The translations under genes were made by a program, and so were the position numbers. The notes under the pieces were generated by a model that saw only the letters and a list, made by a program, of their open reading frames with translations, searched no databases and was not told the DNA's origin. A DNA stretch of 64,000 nucleotides from Torpedo marmorata (lineage: Eukaryota), in NCBI GenBank assembly GCA_977017645.1, contig OZ360231.1, forward strand, positions 86,304,001-86,368,000. The letters run 5' to 3'. Positions 52,190-63,369 of this stretch are shown one piece after another. The stretch's first letter is position 1. Each line of letters begins with the position of its first letter.

Positions 52190-52555
52190 GTAAACACACC
52201 AAAATGCTGGAGGAACTCAGCCGGTCTTTTCAGCATCTAAAGGAGACAAAGATATATTGCCGACGTTTCGGGCCTGAGCCCTTCTTCAAGGAAAAATCAG
52301 AAAAGGCAGAAGCTGGATATATCACAAAGTCTCCGAATTCAAACAATGGGGGAGGAATCCAGACCAACAAAAGGTGTTAATTGGATATGATAAGGGACTA
52401 CGTGAGAATTTATCATGTCTGTGTGCGAAAGGAGACAGGGAAAGGAGAGACGACAGGGGAAGAAGGGGGTTGCGGGGGGGGTTTAACGAAAGCCAGAGAA
52501 GTCGATTTTAATGCCATCCGGTTGGAGGGTGCCCAGTCCGAAGATGAGGTGTAAA
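52190..52555 (-). mobile_element. Penelope-like element 3' end with pLTR
   Basis: HLIFGLGTLQPDGIKIDFSGFR (end of GIY-YIG); the minus strand reads TTGAAGA-AGGGCTCAGGCCC-GAAACGTCGG. Confidence 0.8.
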
Positions 52556-54099
52556 ATACCTTTCGGTGTTTCTGTTTTGCAACTATAATGCAGCACATTA
52601 TCATTCTGGGATGTTGGAGAGAAAGATGATTTGGAGTTGGATGGGTGATGATTTGGGATTGAGGGTGCATAAGGGCCACTAGAAAATGTGGAACCCATGT
52701 TTTAAAAAAAACTGAAATGGAGACTGTTATTACTCTCTTAGGTCCTGCTTTCCTGATTATGATCCTTGTTTTTATCTTGTCGCCAAAACACAGCCCAATG
52801 TTGTAGCAGTAACCCAAAACGTGCTTTGAATGCAAATTGACGTGAACGTTGTGAGCCCGGCATCCTTCGTGAACAGGCATATGATAAGCACTGATATTGA
52901 TCTGAAGTCACGTTATGTGCCGTGCGTGTCGGCTACGAAGCTTTGATTGTGCTTACACCTTAATTCATTATCATAGCATGGTGCAACAAAATTGCAAGGT
53001 AATCAACTCTGTCATTGTAACTCTCAAAAGGAGAATTCCGCTGAAGTAGAATGAGGTCGTTAAACAGCGTCGTTAACTATTAATTCCTGCTCCGCTGTTT
53101 CCCAATTTAAGGCATTGCAGAAGAGGAAAACTGAGATGTTATCTTTTAAAAATATTTATCCTCCCAGGACTAATTGGTGCACTTAACACAGAAATCAGAA
53201 GTCTTTGATGATCTACAAAAGTATGAAATTTAATCTTTGAATAATGCCTGCAGCTGTTCTCTTTCTTACTGTTAACACGGATTACATTTAAACAGCGAAA
53301 ATGACTCAGGCAGGGAATACATCAGGCACTGAACGTTTAGCTGTACTTGCATAATGAAAAAAAAACATTTGAATATTGGGAGGAATTTCCATTTGCAAAT
53401 GTCTCATTCCAACGACGTTTGGTAACGTATGTACCACTTGGAAAAGCACGAGGAAGTTACTGTCGAAAGCTTGACCTATTTCTCCTGGCGAGTTGATTAC
53501 ATTCAGTTTCTGATTTATGATTTAATTACAGAACTTGGAAGAAGCACGCAAGGTCATTCTGAGATAATGCTTTGGAGAAGAAGCCAATTCCTCTGATTGC
53601 TAACATTTCACATCTCATCTTAAATAACCTATATAATATCCGCTAGCACTAAGCCACACCATACTTTCCCATCCAACTGCTCTGTGCTGCTGCATAACAC
53701 ACTGATCAGATGTTTATTTGGATAACACGTCCCATACTGAAATAGTCTTTCAACAGTATCCCAGAGGCTTAATTGTATGAAATTGCATTTAAAACCATTG
53801 GAAAAGGATACCCATTGATTAAACCAGTTTAAGCCACAACATAATTTAACATTTCTACAGTTTAGTAAAAATTGACTAGGTTAGGATAACTTGACATGAC
53901 TGAAGGTATCTTGGGTTCATGCTCATAACAACTACGGCATATGTTACTAACATCTCTTTTCAGATCACCAAGATAGAAATGAGCAAGTAAAAGCGACTGT
54001 TGATGTTTTCTTATAAACAACAGGCTTTAAGATTAATTTATGGAGACTAAATTAGATGGGCCATGAAAGCAGGCACAGTGAATGAGACTCTAGAATGAC

Positions 54100-55000
54100 A
54101 GAATTATTATGACTTCTAAAGAGGCCATTCTGTGCATTGAATTCTCTTCAGCTCTCTGCAAATCTAGTCGGCCCCATTTCTTTGCCCACAGACCTGTGAG
54201 TTTTTTTCCCCGGTAAATATGCAATTCCCTTTTGAGTGCCACTGTAGAATCTGCTTCTGCCAGCCTTATAGAAGTCTAAAATATGATAACAACTGTGTGA
54301 AAAACATATTTCTTCATAACCCCTGGGTCTTCTAATAATCACTTTAAATATACACACTCTGGCTCTCATCAGGCCCTTTTACACTACCCTTGAAAGATGG
54401 TAATTAACCGCCTTTTTACCGCTTCGCTTACCTGTGTGAACGCGGGATGGGGGGTTATTTTCATCCCGGTCACTTACCCGCATCGGCTCCTGTGTAAAAG
54501 GCTTACCCACCTTCCCGCGACGCCAACACTGCAATGCTGCAGGTCCCGTCTCCTTTTGCACTGGGATGCCTGGTCCCTATGTAAAAGGTTGCACTGACCT
54601 GGCTTTTCTTGGTTCAGTGTGAATGACCCGACCCGACCCGACCTGGCTTTAAACATGGGTCGTTCACACGCCAATTTAATGGGATTTCTGTATAAAAGTT
54701 GCAATACTTTCTGAGAATCGTTCCCCTTTATTCACTTACACCTCGATGATTTTATGCACTTCCATCAGATCATTTCTGAACCATCTCTGCTTGGGGAGAA
54801 TAATCCCAGCTTCTCTGGTCTATCGATGTAACTGAAGTCTTTCATCGCTAAGACCATTTCAGTAAATATTTTTTGAACCCCCTCCGGGACCTTCACATCC
54901 TTTTGATAGAGCTGTGAAGAGAAATGAACACAATACTCTACTGCAGCCGAACTAGAGTTTCATGGTGGTTTAATGTAATCTCCTTGTTTTTGCACCCCAT
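54100..55000 (-). mobile_element. Old CR1 3' fragment interrupted by a MITE
   Basis: CR1-like 3' end (gaggccattc) and antisense RT remnants on both sides of 54372-54702. Confidence 0.5.
54372..54702. mobile_element. PIF/Harbinger-like MITE
   Basis: Left end ggcccttttacact, degenerate right end tgtataaaagttgc, and internal inverted copies of the same motif; GC-rich. Confidence 0.45.
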
Positions 55001-55134
55001 TAAACAGTCTCTGTTTCTGTTTCAGATGTCCAACAGCCTTTTCTTAATTTCAGATAATTTTTCCCTCCTACAGATTGACCTTAGTCCTTTCTAGACTTAA
55101 AATCCAGTTTCACCCTGCAATTTCATTATATTTA

Positions 55135-55815
55135 TTATTTAATCTTATCAAGTTCGTTCATGTTTATTATCATCAAAGTGTACATATACGTACAACCAGA
55201 TGAAACAACATTTCTCCAGACCGCGGTGCACACACATGCACGCAAAATAAGCAGCACGTAATAATTACATATGTACTTAAAAATAAATATATCAATATTC
55301 TGGAATAATTTACTCATTCCATTTATAAGAGGCACAAGGTAACAGGATGCCATTTATTAATCTCACAGCCTGCAGGAAGAAGCTATTTCCCAGTCTGGCA
55401 GTCCTGATTTTGATGTTCCTATTCCTGCTACCTGATGGTAGTAGGTCAAAGATCCTGTGTAATGGATGGTAGGGATCCTCAATAATTCTTTGAGCCCTAT
55501 TTAAACAACTCTCCCAGTGAATGTCCTCAATAGAGGAAAGGGAGAACCCCAGTTATCTTCTGGGCCATTTTAATGATTCTCTGTATTGACTTACGGCCCG
55601 CTGCTTTGCACCTACTGTACCAGACAATAATGCAGCCAGACAGGACATTCTCAGTTGTGCTCCTGTGAAATATCAAGAAGGAGCATAATTCTCCAGGTCA
55701 GAGTGGAGGTTAAATCTTACAGCATCATCTGTGGACCTGTGTGAATGGTAGGCAAACTGGAACAGGCCCAATTTCACTGGAAGGTGGGATTTGATGCCTT
55801 GCATTACCAGTCACT
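55135..55815 (-). mobile_element. Old Rex1-like LINE fragment
   Basis: Antisense AATAAA tail and degraded similarity to the Rex1 3' coding end (ataatgcagccagacaggacattctc). Confidence 0.5.
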
Positions 55816-55927
55816 CATCCTATCACAAACTTTTCCTTTTGGTTCTTTCCTCCAAACTCCACCCAGCCCCAAAGCTCCACCCAACTTTGTTGTATCATTA
55901 AACTTAGTTTATCTCTGATTTTATTTC

Positions 55928-56055
55928 AGTTCTGATGAAAGGTCATTGACTTGAAATGTTAACTCTGTTTCTCTTGCAACAGGTGCTGACTGACCTGCTG
56001 AATGTTCACGGCGATTTTGGTTTTCATTTGCAATTTCGGGTGCTCCCAGTACTTT
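55928..56055 (+). repeat. Older PLE-derived pLTR with a canonical CTGATGA...GAAA core
   Basis: tCTGATGAaaggtcattgacttGAAAtgtt...gacctgctgaat. Confidence 0.6.
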
Positions 56056-56090
56056 GTTTCCATTTCATCCAACAGTCTGGAGGTGTGTAG

Positions 56091-56976
56091 TGTTACAAAA
56101 TCAAACCAGCAACAACAGAAGACGCAATGCAAAAGGGGTAAAATTGAAATTATTATTTATTAAACACAAGTAAACATATAATTTCACAACAATTAACCCC
56201 ACTATAAACGTATATAAACTCTATTCTTATCTAAAAGGTGTGTGTGTGTGTAAAGCCCAGACCATTACAGTCTGTGCCCAACCCTTATGTAAAAATGGAA
56301 AAACTTTCCCCAAAAAAACCCCAGGTCAGTCATAAAGAACAAGTCAGTCAAAAAAACAAAAGAATAATTCAGTCCACAAGATTCACTCTCTAAGTTCAGG
56401 CTTAAATTCAGCTCTGGGTCTGGTAGAAGTACTTCTGAATGAACGTTGGAGAGAGACAATGACTGTTATGCTTACAAATACTTGTTTTCTTCTCTGATGA
56501 CGTCCCCTTCTTGTAGGTTCATAAGGATTGCAAGTTCCAGATCAGTATACCACTGATTTAGGCGTATGCTTGAATCTCATAGCTAGTCTCGCTGATCTCA
56601 CGCCTGTTCTCCACAGAAGTTACTTTTTGTCAGAATTTCTCTGAGACAGGAGGCCATGTGCTATTTTGCCAGATTTCTCTGACTGCACACACCTGGATTT
56701 GGCTGTGTCTTGTAGCCTTGCAGCTCACAACTGTGTCTGCTTTGCAGAGATCTGCCCCTGCTTTTTGCAGAAGTGAAACAAATGTATCTTATCCAGTCTC
56801 TCTCTGGTCTCTCTCTGTCTGGGTACACCAAGAGTGCAACAATGTATCTTGTCTGGGTACACCAAGTAGCTGGGGAAGTTAACTCTTTCAGTACCTGGCC
56901 CCAGTGTATACTCCAAAAGAATTCATCCTTCCTGCTAACCGTCCGCAGTCCAAATGGTCAGTCATGGTCCATAACA
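56091..56976 (-). repeat. 3' LTR
   Basis: Direct repeat of 61141-62026 with about 9 substitutions by eye; adjacent PPT gagggtgggagg (minus strand) at 56977-56988. Confidence 0.95.
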
Positions 56977-57115
56977 CCTCCCACCCTCAAAGGAAATTTT
57001 GGTCTGCAAGAACAAAATTTAGGAAAGTAAGTGAGGTGTCAGAATATAAACAAAATCTACAATGTTCATCCACAAATACAAAATATGAACTATTTTCATT
57101 GATAAAGTTTAACAT

Positions 57116-59628
57116 CTAGAAAGACAATCAGCAATTACATTATCTCTCCCTTTTATATGAGTGATTACCAAATTATATTCTTGCAAAATTAGACTCCAAT
57201 TCAACAATCGTCAATTCTTATTTTTCATTTTACAAAGAAAAACCAATGGATTATGGTCAGTATACACTATGAGTGGTTTTTGAGCTGTACAGATATACAC
57301 ATCAACATGTTGTAGAGCCAACACAAGAGCCAACAACTCTTTCTCTATAGTTGAATAATTCCTTTGATGATCATTGAACTTCTTCGAGAAGTAGGATACC
57401 GTATGTTCAATGTCCTCTTCGTTCTTCTTCTGTAACAGCACTGCACCCACAGCTTCATCGCTCGCATCCACGGCTAAAGAAAACGACTGTTCTAAATTAG
57501 GTGACTTAAGCACAGGTTGGTGGCATAACATGGCTTTCAATTTGACAAATGCTTCCTGACAACCTGTAGACCATACAAATTTTTCTTTCTTTCTAAGCAA
57601 ATTTGTGAGAAGGAGCGCAAGATCAGCAAAGTTTTTACAGAACTTGCGGTAGTAGCCAATCATTCTCAGGAACCTCCTCAGAGTTTTCTTACCAGTTGGA
57701 ACAGGGAACTCGGAAATAGCGACAACCTTTGCCTCTACTGGCGCCAACTTCCCCTGTCCTACTACATAACTCAGAGAATTAACAGTACCATGACCCTCTC
57801 TGAAACTGGTTTTATCTGTCTCCTCCTTACCCCTGTCAATAACCAGTACCTCTGGTACATTTTCAGTCCCTTTGTGCGGCACCTGTTCAAAATACGGCTT
57901 AATCATATTCACATGACAGACCTGTGTGTCTCGTCTGCGATTAGATGTTTCTATGACATAGGTGACATCATTAATTTTTGACTTAACTCTATAGGGTCCT
58001 GAAAATCTAGCCCTAAGAGGATTTGAATGGATGGGAAACAGAACTAATACGTTCTCACCAGGTTTAAAAGTTCTCATCTTTGCCTTTCGATCATACCAAA
58101 CCTTCATTCTACGTTGAGTGGCCTTTAAATTCTCCTTTGCCATCTCACAAGCCCTATGTAATCGATCCTTAAATTTGGAAACATAATCTAACAGATTTAA
58201 ATGCACATCACGATTAATCCACTGTTCTTTTAATAATCTTAAAGGACCTCTCACCTCATGTCCGAAAACTAACTCAAATGGACTAAAACCAAGTGATTCT
58301 TGGACAGATTCCCTCGATGCAAATAACAACAAATGAACCCCCTCATCCCAATCCTTTTCCTTCTCACAACAATAGGTTCTAATCATGGTTTTCAAAGTCG
58401 AATGGAACCTCTCCAAGGCCCCTTGACTTTCTGGATGGTACGCAGAGGATACAATCTGTTTAACTCCTAGTCCATCAACCAATTGTTGGAAAACGCCTGA
58501 CATGAAATTACTGCCCTGATCTGATTGAATTTCCCTTGGCAAACCTACCAAGGTGAAAAACTTTACCATAGCCTTTACAATTGACTTTGCTTTTATGTTT
58601 CTCAGAGGAATGGCCTCTGGAAATCTGGTGGCTGCACACATAATTGTTAACAAATATTCATTCCCCGCTTTGGTTTTGGGCAATGGGCTAACACAGTCCA
58701 CAATTACTCTCGAGAAAGGCTCACTGAAAGCAGGGATAGGTTGCAAGGGTGCTACCGGGGGACCCTGATTAGGTTTACCCACCACCTGACAAGTGTGACA
58801 GGCCCGGCAAAAGCTTACAACCTCCCTTCTTAAACTGGGCCAATAAAATTGTTTTATTATCTTCCGTATAGTTTTCTTCACCCCAAGATGACCACCTAAG
58901 GGTGTACTATGAGCCAAAGTTATTATTTCATCCCTATATACTTTAGGGATCACAACCTGCTGCACTACTGCCCATTCTTCATTGGCAGGAACATCACGTG
59001 GTCTCCACTTTCTCATCAACACCCCATCTTTTTCATAATACCCTACTGGCACCTTTTTAATCTCCTCTTCAGAGAAAACCTTATCCCTCACCTCAGCAAG
59101 ATCAGGATCGTCCTTCTGCCTTGCTATTAACTCCTGTCGAGATAGTGACAAATCTGTGCCTTTAGGTGTCTTATCAGTGGATGGGTGTAACATAGGAGAT
59201 AGCTCAACCTTTTCCAGGTTTTCTTGATTATCAGTTTCTTTTTCTTTTATCAAGTTATTTTCCACTGCCTTCTCTACAGTAACATTTTTCTTAGACATGG
59301 CCCTGGTTATGGCACATGCCAGATAAATATCAGAGTCTTTCTCTGACTTATCAATGACTGGCTTAGTGGTCATTCGCACTGCAGGAACTACTTTACCCTT
59401 GGCCAAGTCATTGCCTAACAACAGTGAGACTCCTTCTACTGGCAACTCTGATCTCACTCCTATTATAACTGGTCCTTCCACCAAGTCTGAGTCCAATACT
59501 ATTTTGTGCAAAGGAATGGACTCTACCTCACCACCAATTCCTTTAATTAAATTTATGTCACCGGTGTCAGTAGCTTCACAAAATTCCAAGACACTATCTA
59601 ACACAAGTGACTGAGCAGCTCTAGTATC
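57116..59628 (-). pseudogene. pol: pol: protease, integrase (HHCC and DDE), RT C-terminal remnant, RNase H
   Basis: LLLGNDL (PR); AHS..GHLG..CHTC, IVD, SDQGSNF and LERFH (IN); VDAS, EKELLA and YTDHNPL (RH). No YxDD region. Confidence 0.9.
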
Positions 59629-61032
59629 TCACAAGATTTTCACTGGAACTTGTTTTGATCCTGCCTTAACTGAAACAAAACCATCAGTCACAAAAGGTTT
59701 AAATACATCTTTAACTTTGTCAGTAAATTTATCTCCTTCCTGGGTGTTATGCATCTTCTCACTCTGAATACAAGCATTAGGTGTTGCATCCTTTTCTCTA
59801 TTTTTCAACACTGGACAGCTTGCTAGCATATGACCAGCCTTTCTACAGTAGTGGCAAATGGGACCTGAATTGTTTTCCCTTTTCCACTTTCCTTCATCCC
59901 TTTCCTTAACACCACTTCCAAATTTACTTTCCACTTGCTTCTGATTATCCACCGTGACCTTTTGGAAAATTCTACCTGACGTCCACTTAGGCTTGTGGGT
60001 TAAAGCATATTCATCTGCTAACTTAGCTGAATTTTGCCAAGTTTTCACTTCCTTTTCATCTAAGTATGCCTTAATATCCTCAGGAACACACCTTTTTATC
60101 TCCTCGATTATTATCAATTCTCTCAATTGATTGTAATCATTGTTTACTTCCTTAGATGTGCACCACCTGTCAAAACACACAACCTTTTCATAGGCAAACT
60201 CTGTATAAGATTGGGTTGCTGATCTTTTTAAATTTCTAAACTTCTGTCTATAAGCCTCTGGATATAACTCATAAGCCTGGAGTATAGCCTTTTTCACCGT
60301 TTCATAATCAGCAGCTTGCTCCATGGTAAGAGTAGAATAAGCTTGCTGAGCTTTTCCTTTTATTACACTTTGTAACATAAGATACCATTGGTCTTGTGGC
60401 CATTTTAATTTCACAGCCACTTTCTCAAAATGTTGGAAGTACTTATCTATTTCTGCCTCCTCAAATGGAGGAACCAACTTAACTTCTCTACTAGCCAAAA
60501 ACCCCTCAGCAGGATGACGAATTTGATTTTGGCGCTCTTCTTGTCTCCTCTCATTTTCCAACCTCATCTTTTCCAGCTCATATCTCCTATTTTTCTCATC
60601 GTTCTCTAAATCTAATCTCTTTTGTTCTAATTCCATGTAAAATTTCTTTTTTTCTAATTCCATGTCAAATTTCTTTTGTTCCCTGTCTGCCTCCAATTTA
60701 TTTTGTTCCAATTCCAATTTCTTTTGTTCCCTGTCTGCCTCCAATTTATTTTGTTCCAATTCCAATTTCTTTATTTCCAATTGTATGTTTTCAGAAGGTT
60801 TACCCTTGGGAAACTGCTCTAACATGCTCTCCTCAAACTTTTTTTCTTTTATATAGTACTTGACAATTTTTCTCCCAATCTCTGCCTTTTTCATAGATGG
60901 TTTTACAGAAGCAATGCCCAACTCTGTTGCTATAGCCACTAACTGTTCCTTTTTCGCCTTTTTTAAAGTATCAGGTTCAGGTGATTCCAAAAAATGTTCT
61001 ACATCCATTGTTGCTGGTTTTTTGTTACACAC
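59629..61032 (-). CDS. gag: Gag with coiled-coil repeats, a SCAN-like capsid domain and a CCHC zinc knuckle
   Basis: AYEL.PEAYRQKFR..FDRW..LRELIIIEE (SCAN-like); CHYCRKAGHMLASC. Confidence 0.88.
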   Translation of the reverse strand: MCNKKPATMDVEHFLESPEPDTLKKAKKEQLVAIATELGIASVKPSMKKAEIGRKIVKYYIKEKKFEESMLEQFPKGKPSENIQLEIKKLELEQNKLEADREQKKLELEQNKLEADREQKKFDMELEKKKFYMELEQKRLDLENDEKNRRYELEKMRLENERRQEERQNQIRHPAEGFLASREVKLVPPFEEAEIDKYFQHFEKVAVKLKWPQDQWYLMLQSVIKGKAQQAYSTLTMEQAADYETVKKAILQAYELYPEAYRQKFRNLKRSATQSYTEFAYEKVVCFDRWCTSKEVNNDYNQLRELIIIEEIKRCVPEDIKAYLDEKEVKTWQNSAKLADEYALTHKPKWTSGRIFQKVTVDNQKQVESKFGSGVKERDEGKWKRENNSGPICHYCRKAGHMLASCPVLKNREKDATPNACIQSEKMHNTQEGDKFTDKVKDVFKPFVTDGFVSVKAGSKQVPVKIL

Positions 61033-61119
61033 ACACTAGCTTTTAATTAGCTTTACCGAAAGGAATGCCTTAAACCAAACTGGGATTCCTTCAATTACCA
61101 AGATGGATTTTTAATTCAA

Positions 61120-61137
61120 ATCCCGGACGAGCCCCCA
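61120..61137 (-). promoter_or_regulatory. Primer-binding site complementary to tRNA-Pro
   Basis: TGGGGGCTCGTCCGGGAT on the minus strand, 3 nt after the 5' LTR. Confidence 0.9.
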
Positions 61138-61140
61138 ACT

Positions 61141-62026
61141 TGTTACAAAATCAAACCAGCAACGACAGAAGACGCAATGCAAAATGGGTAAAATTGAAAT
61201 TATTATTTATTAAACACAAGTAAACATATAATTTCACAACAATTAACCCCACTATAAACGTCTATAAACTCTATTCTTATCTAAAAGGTGTGTGTGTGTG
61301 TAAAGCCCAGACCATTACAGTCTGTGCCCAACCCTTATGTAAAAATGGAAAAACTTTCCCCAAAAAAACCCCAGGTCAGTCATAAAAAACAAGTTAGTCA
61401 AAAAAACAAAAGAATAATTCAGTCCACAAGATTCACTCTCTAAGTTCAGGCTTCAATTCAGCTCTGGGTCTGGTAGAAGTACTTCTGAATGAACGTTGGA
61501 GAGAGACAATGACTGTTATGCTTACAAATACTTGTTTTCTTCTCTGATGACGTCCCCTTCTTGTAGGTTCATAAGGATTGCAAGTTCCAGATCAGTATAC
61601 CACTGATTTAGGCGTATGCTTGAATCTCATAGCTAGTCTCGCTGATCTCACGCCTGTTCTCCACAGAAGTTGCTTTTTGTCAGAATTTCTCTGAGACAGG
61701 AGGCCATGTGCTATTTTGCCAGATTTCTCTGACTGCACACACCTGGATTTGGCTGTGTCTTGTAGCCTTGCAACTCACAACTGTGTCTGCTTTGCAGAGA
61801 TCTGCCCCTGCTTTTTGCAGAAGTGAAACAAATGTATCTTATCCAGTCTCTCTCTGGTCTCTCTCTGTCTGGGTACACCAAGAGTGCAACAATATATCTT
61901 GTCTGGGTACACCAAGTAGCTGGGGAAGTTAACTCTTTCAGTACCTGGCCCCAGTGTATACTCCAAAAGAATTCATCCTTCCTGCTAACCGTCCGCAGTC
62001 CAAATGGTCAGTCATGGTCCATAACA
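61141..62026 (-). repeat. 5' LTR
   Basis: Direct repeat of 56091-56976, followed by the TSD gtag. Confidence 0.95.
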
Positions 62027-62259
62027 GTAGGCATGCATCACTCATGTGTCTCCTCTGTTTAATGTGTCAACATCAGACAAGCCTTAAGTTTATTTTAACT
62101 TCTTAACAAAGTTGTGAAGTTTTGAACAAAGGGAAGTTGGAGGGACTCAACGCGTCAGGTAGCATCCATGGATAGAAATAGTCAATCAAAGTTGCGGGTC
62201 AGGACCCTTTATGGATAGGAAGGGTTTAGAAGGATATGAACCAAACAGAGTAGGTGTAG

Positions 62260-63095
62260 AAAGGTTGTTTTCCATGATGGGAGTCTAGGACAAAAGGATA
62301 CAACTTCAGGATTGAAGGGTGTCTGCTAAGAACAGAAATGCGTAGAAATTTCTTCAACCAGAGGACGGTAAATCTGTGGAATTTGTTGCCACAGGCGGTT
62401 GTGGAGGCCAGGTCTTTGCGTGTATTTAAGACAGAGATTGATAGGTTCTTGATTAGCCAGGGCATTAAAGGATCAGAATCAGAATCAGAATCAGAATTTA
62501 TTGTCATGAACAAGTCATGAAATTCGGTGTTTTGCGGCAGCATCATAGTGCAATTAACATTCATATTAACCATCTAACGACATTACTATAAAAAATTATA
62601 AACAATAGTGCACGAAAAGTAAGGCAGTGTCTTTGGTTCATTGATTATTCAGGAATCTGATGGCAGCGGGGAAGAAGCTGTCCTTGTGCCGTTGAGTGCT
62701 CGTCTTTAGGCTCCTGTACCTTTTTCCCGATGGAAGCAGTGAAGAGGGCATGGCCTGGGTGGTGGGGGTCTTTGAGGACAGAGGCTGCTTTTTTAAGACA
62801 CCGCCTCATGTAGATGTCCTCGATGGAGTGAAGTTTGGTGCCTGTGATGTCACAGGCCGAGTTAACAACCCTCTGGAGTTTACTCTTGTCCTGAGAGTTG
62901 GCGCCTCCATACCAGGCAGTGATGCAACCAGCCAGAATGCTCTCCACAGTACACCTGTAGAAGTTTACGAGAGTCTTTGGTGACATACCGAATTTCCGGG
63001 CAGTGGGGATGAGTGGAAAAATGGATCAGCTCATGATTGAATGGCGGGGCAGACTTGATGGGCTGAATAGCCAATTTCTGATCCTGTCTTATGGA
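62260..63095 (+). mobile_element. CR1 3' fragment interrupted by Rex1 family B
   Basis: MRRNFFNQRTVNLWNLLP..FKTEIDRFL; the CR1 3' UTR resumes at ~62995 (gatcagctcatgattgaatggcgg). Confidence 0.8.
62472..62992 (-). mobile_element. Rex1/Babar family B 3' fragment
   Basis: Near-identical to 46008-46521; (TCAGAA)n tail on the plus strand. Confidence 0.88.
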
Positions 63096-63369
63096 CATGG
63101 TCTAAATGAAGGCAAATTGGACTAGTGCAAAATGCCAACTTGGTCAGCAAGAGTAAATTGTGCCAAAGGGCCTGTTCCATGCTGTATGATGTGATGACTC
63201 TGTGCTGCCTGACTCAATGAATCTCTCCAGCTTCTCTTTGTTCACTCAAGATTCCCGCCACTGCAGCTTATGTGTTCCTTAAGTTGTTTATGGATTCTGG
63301 AAAATCAGAATCTTATAGCTTTAATAAAACTATCTATCAGGTTATTAATTCATAATTTACTGAAGGTAA

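Larger units (their letters stand above)
56091..62026 (-). mobile_element. Gmr1-like Ty3/Gypsy LTR retrotransposon with RT core deleted
   Basis: 886-bp TG...CA LTRs, 4-bp TSD gtag, tRNA-Pro PBS, PPT, and gag-PR-IN-(RT remnant)-RNase H. Confidence 0.93.

Noticed and set aside
59605-59631. Programmed stop read-through between gag and pol
   Set aside because: The TGA sits inside the protease motif (IL*DTRA versus ILRDTGA) and is best explained by CGA>TGA decay in a single gag-pol ORF.
56658-62062. Duplicated short ORFs (MLFCQISL.., MEYTLGPG..)
   Set aside because: They lie inside the two LTRs and are duplicated only because the LTRs are.
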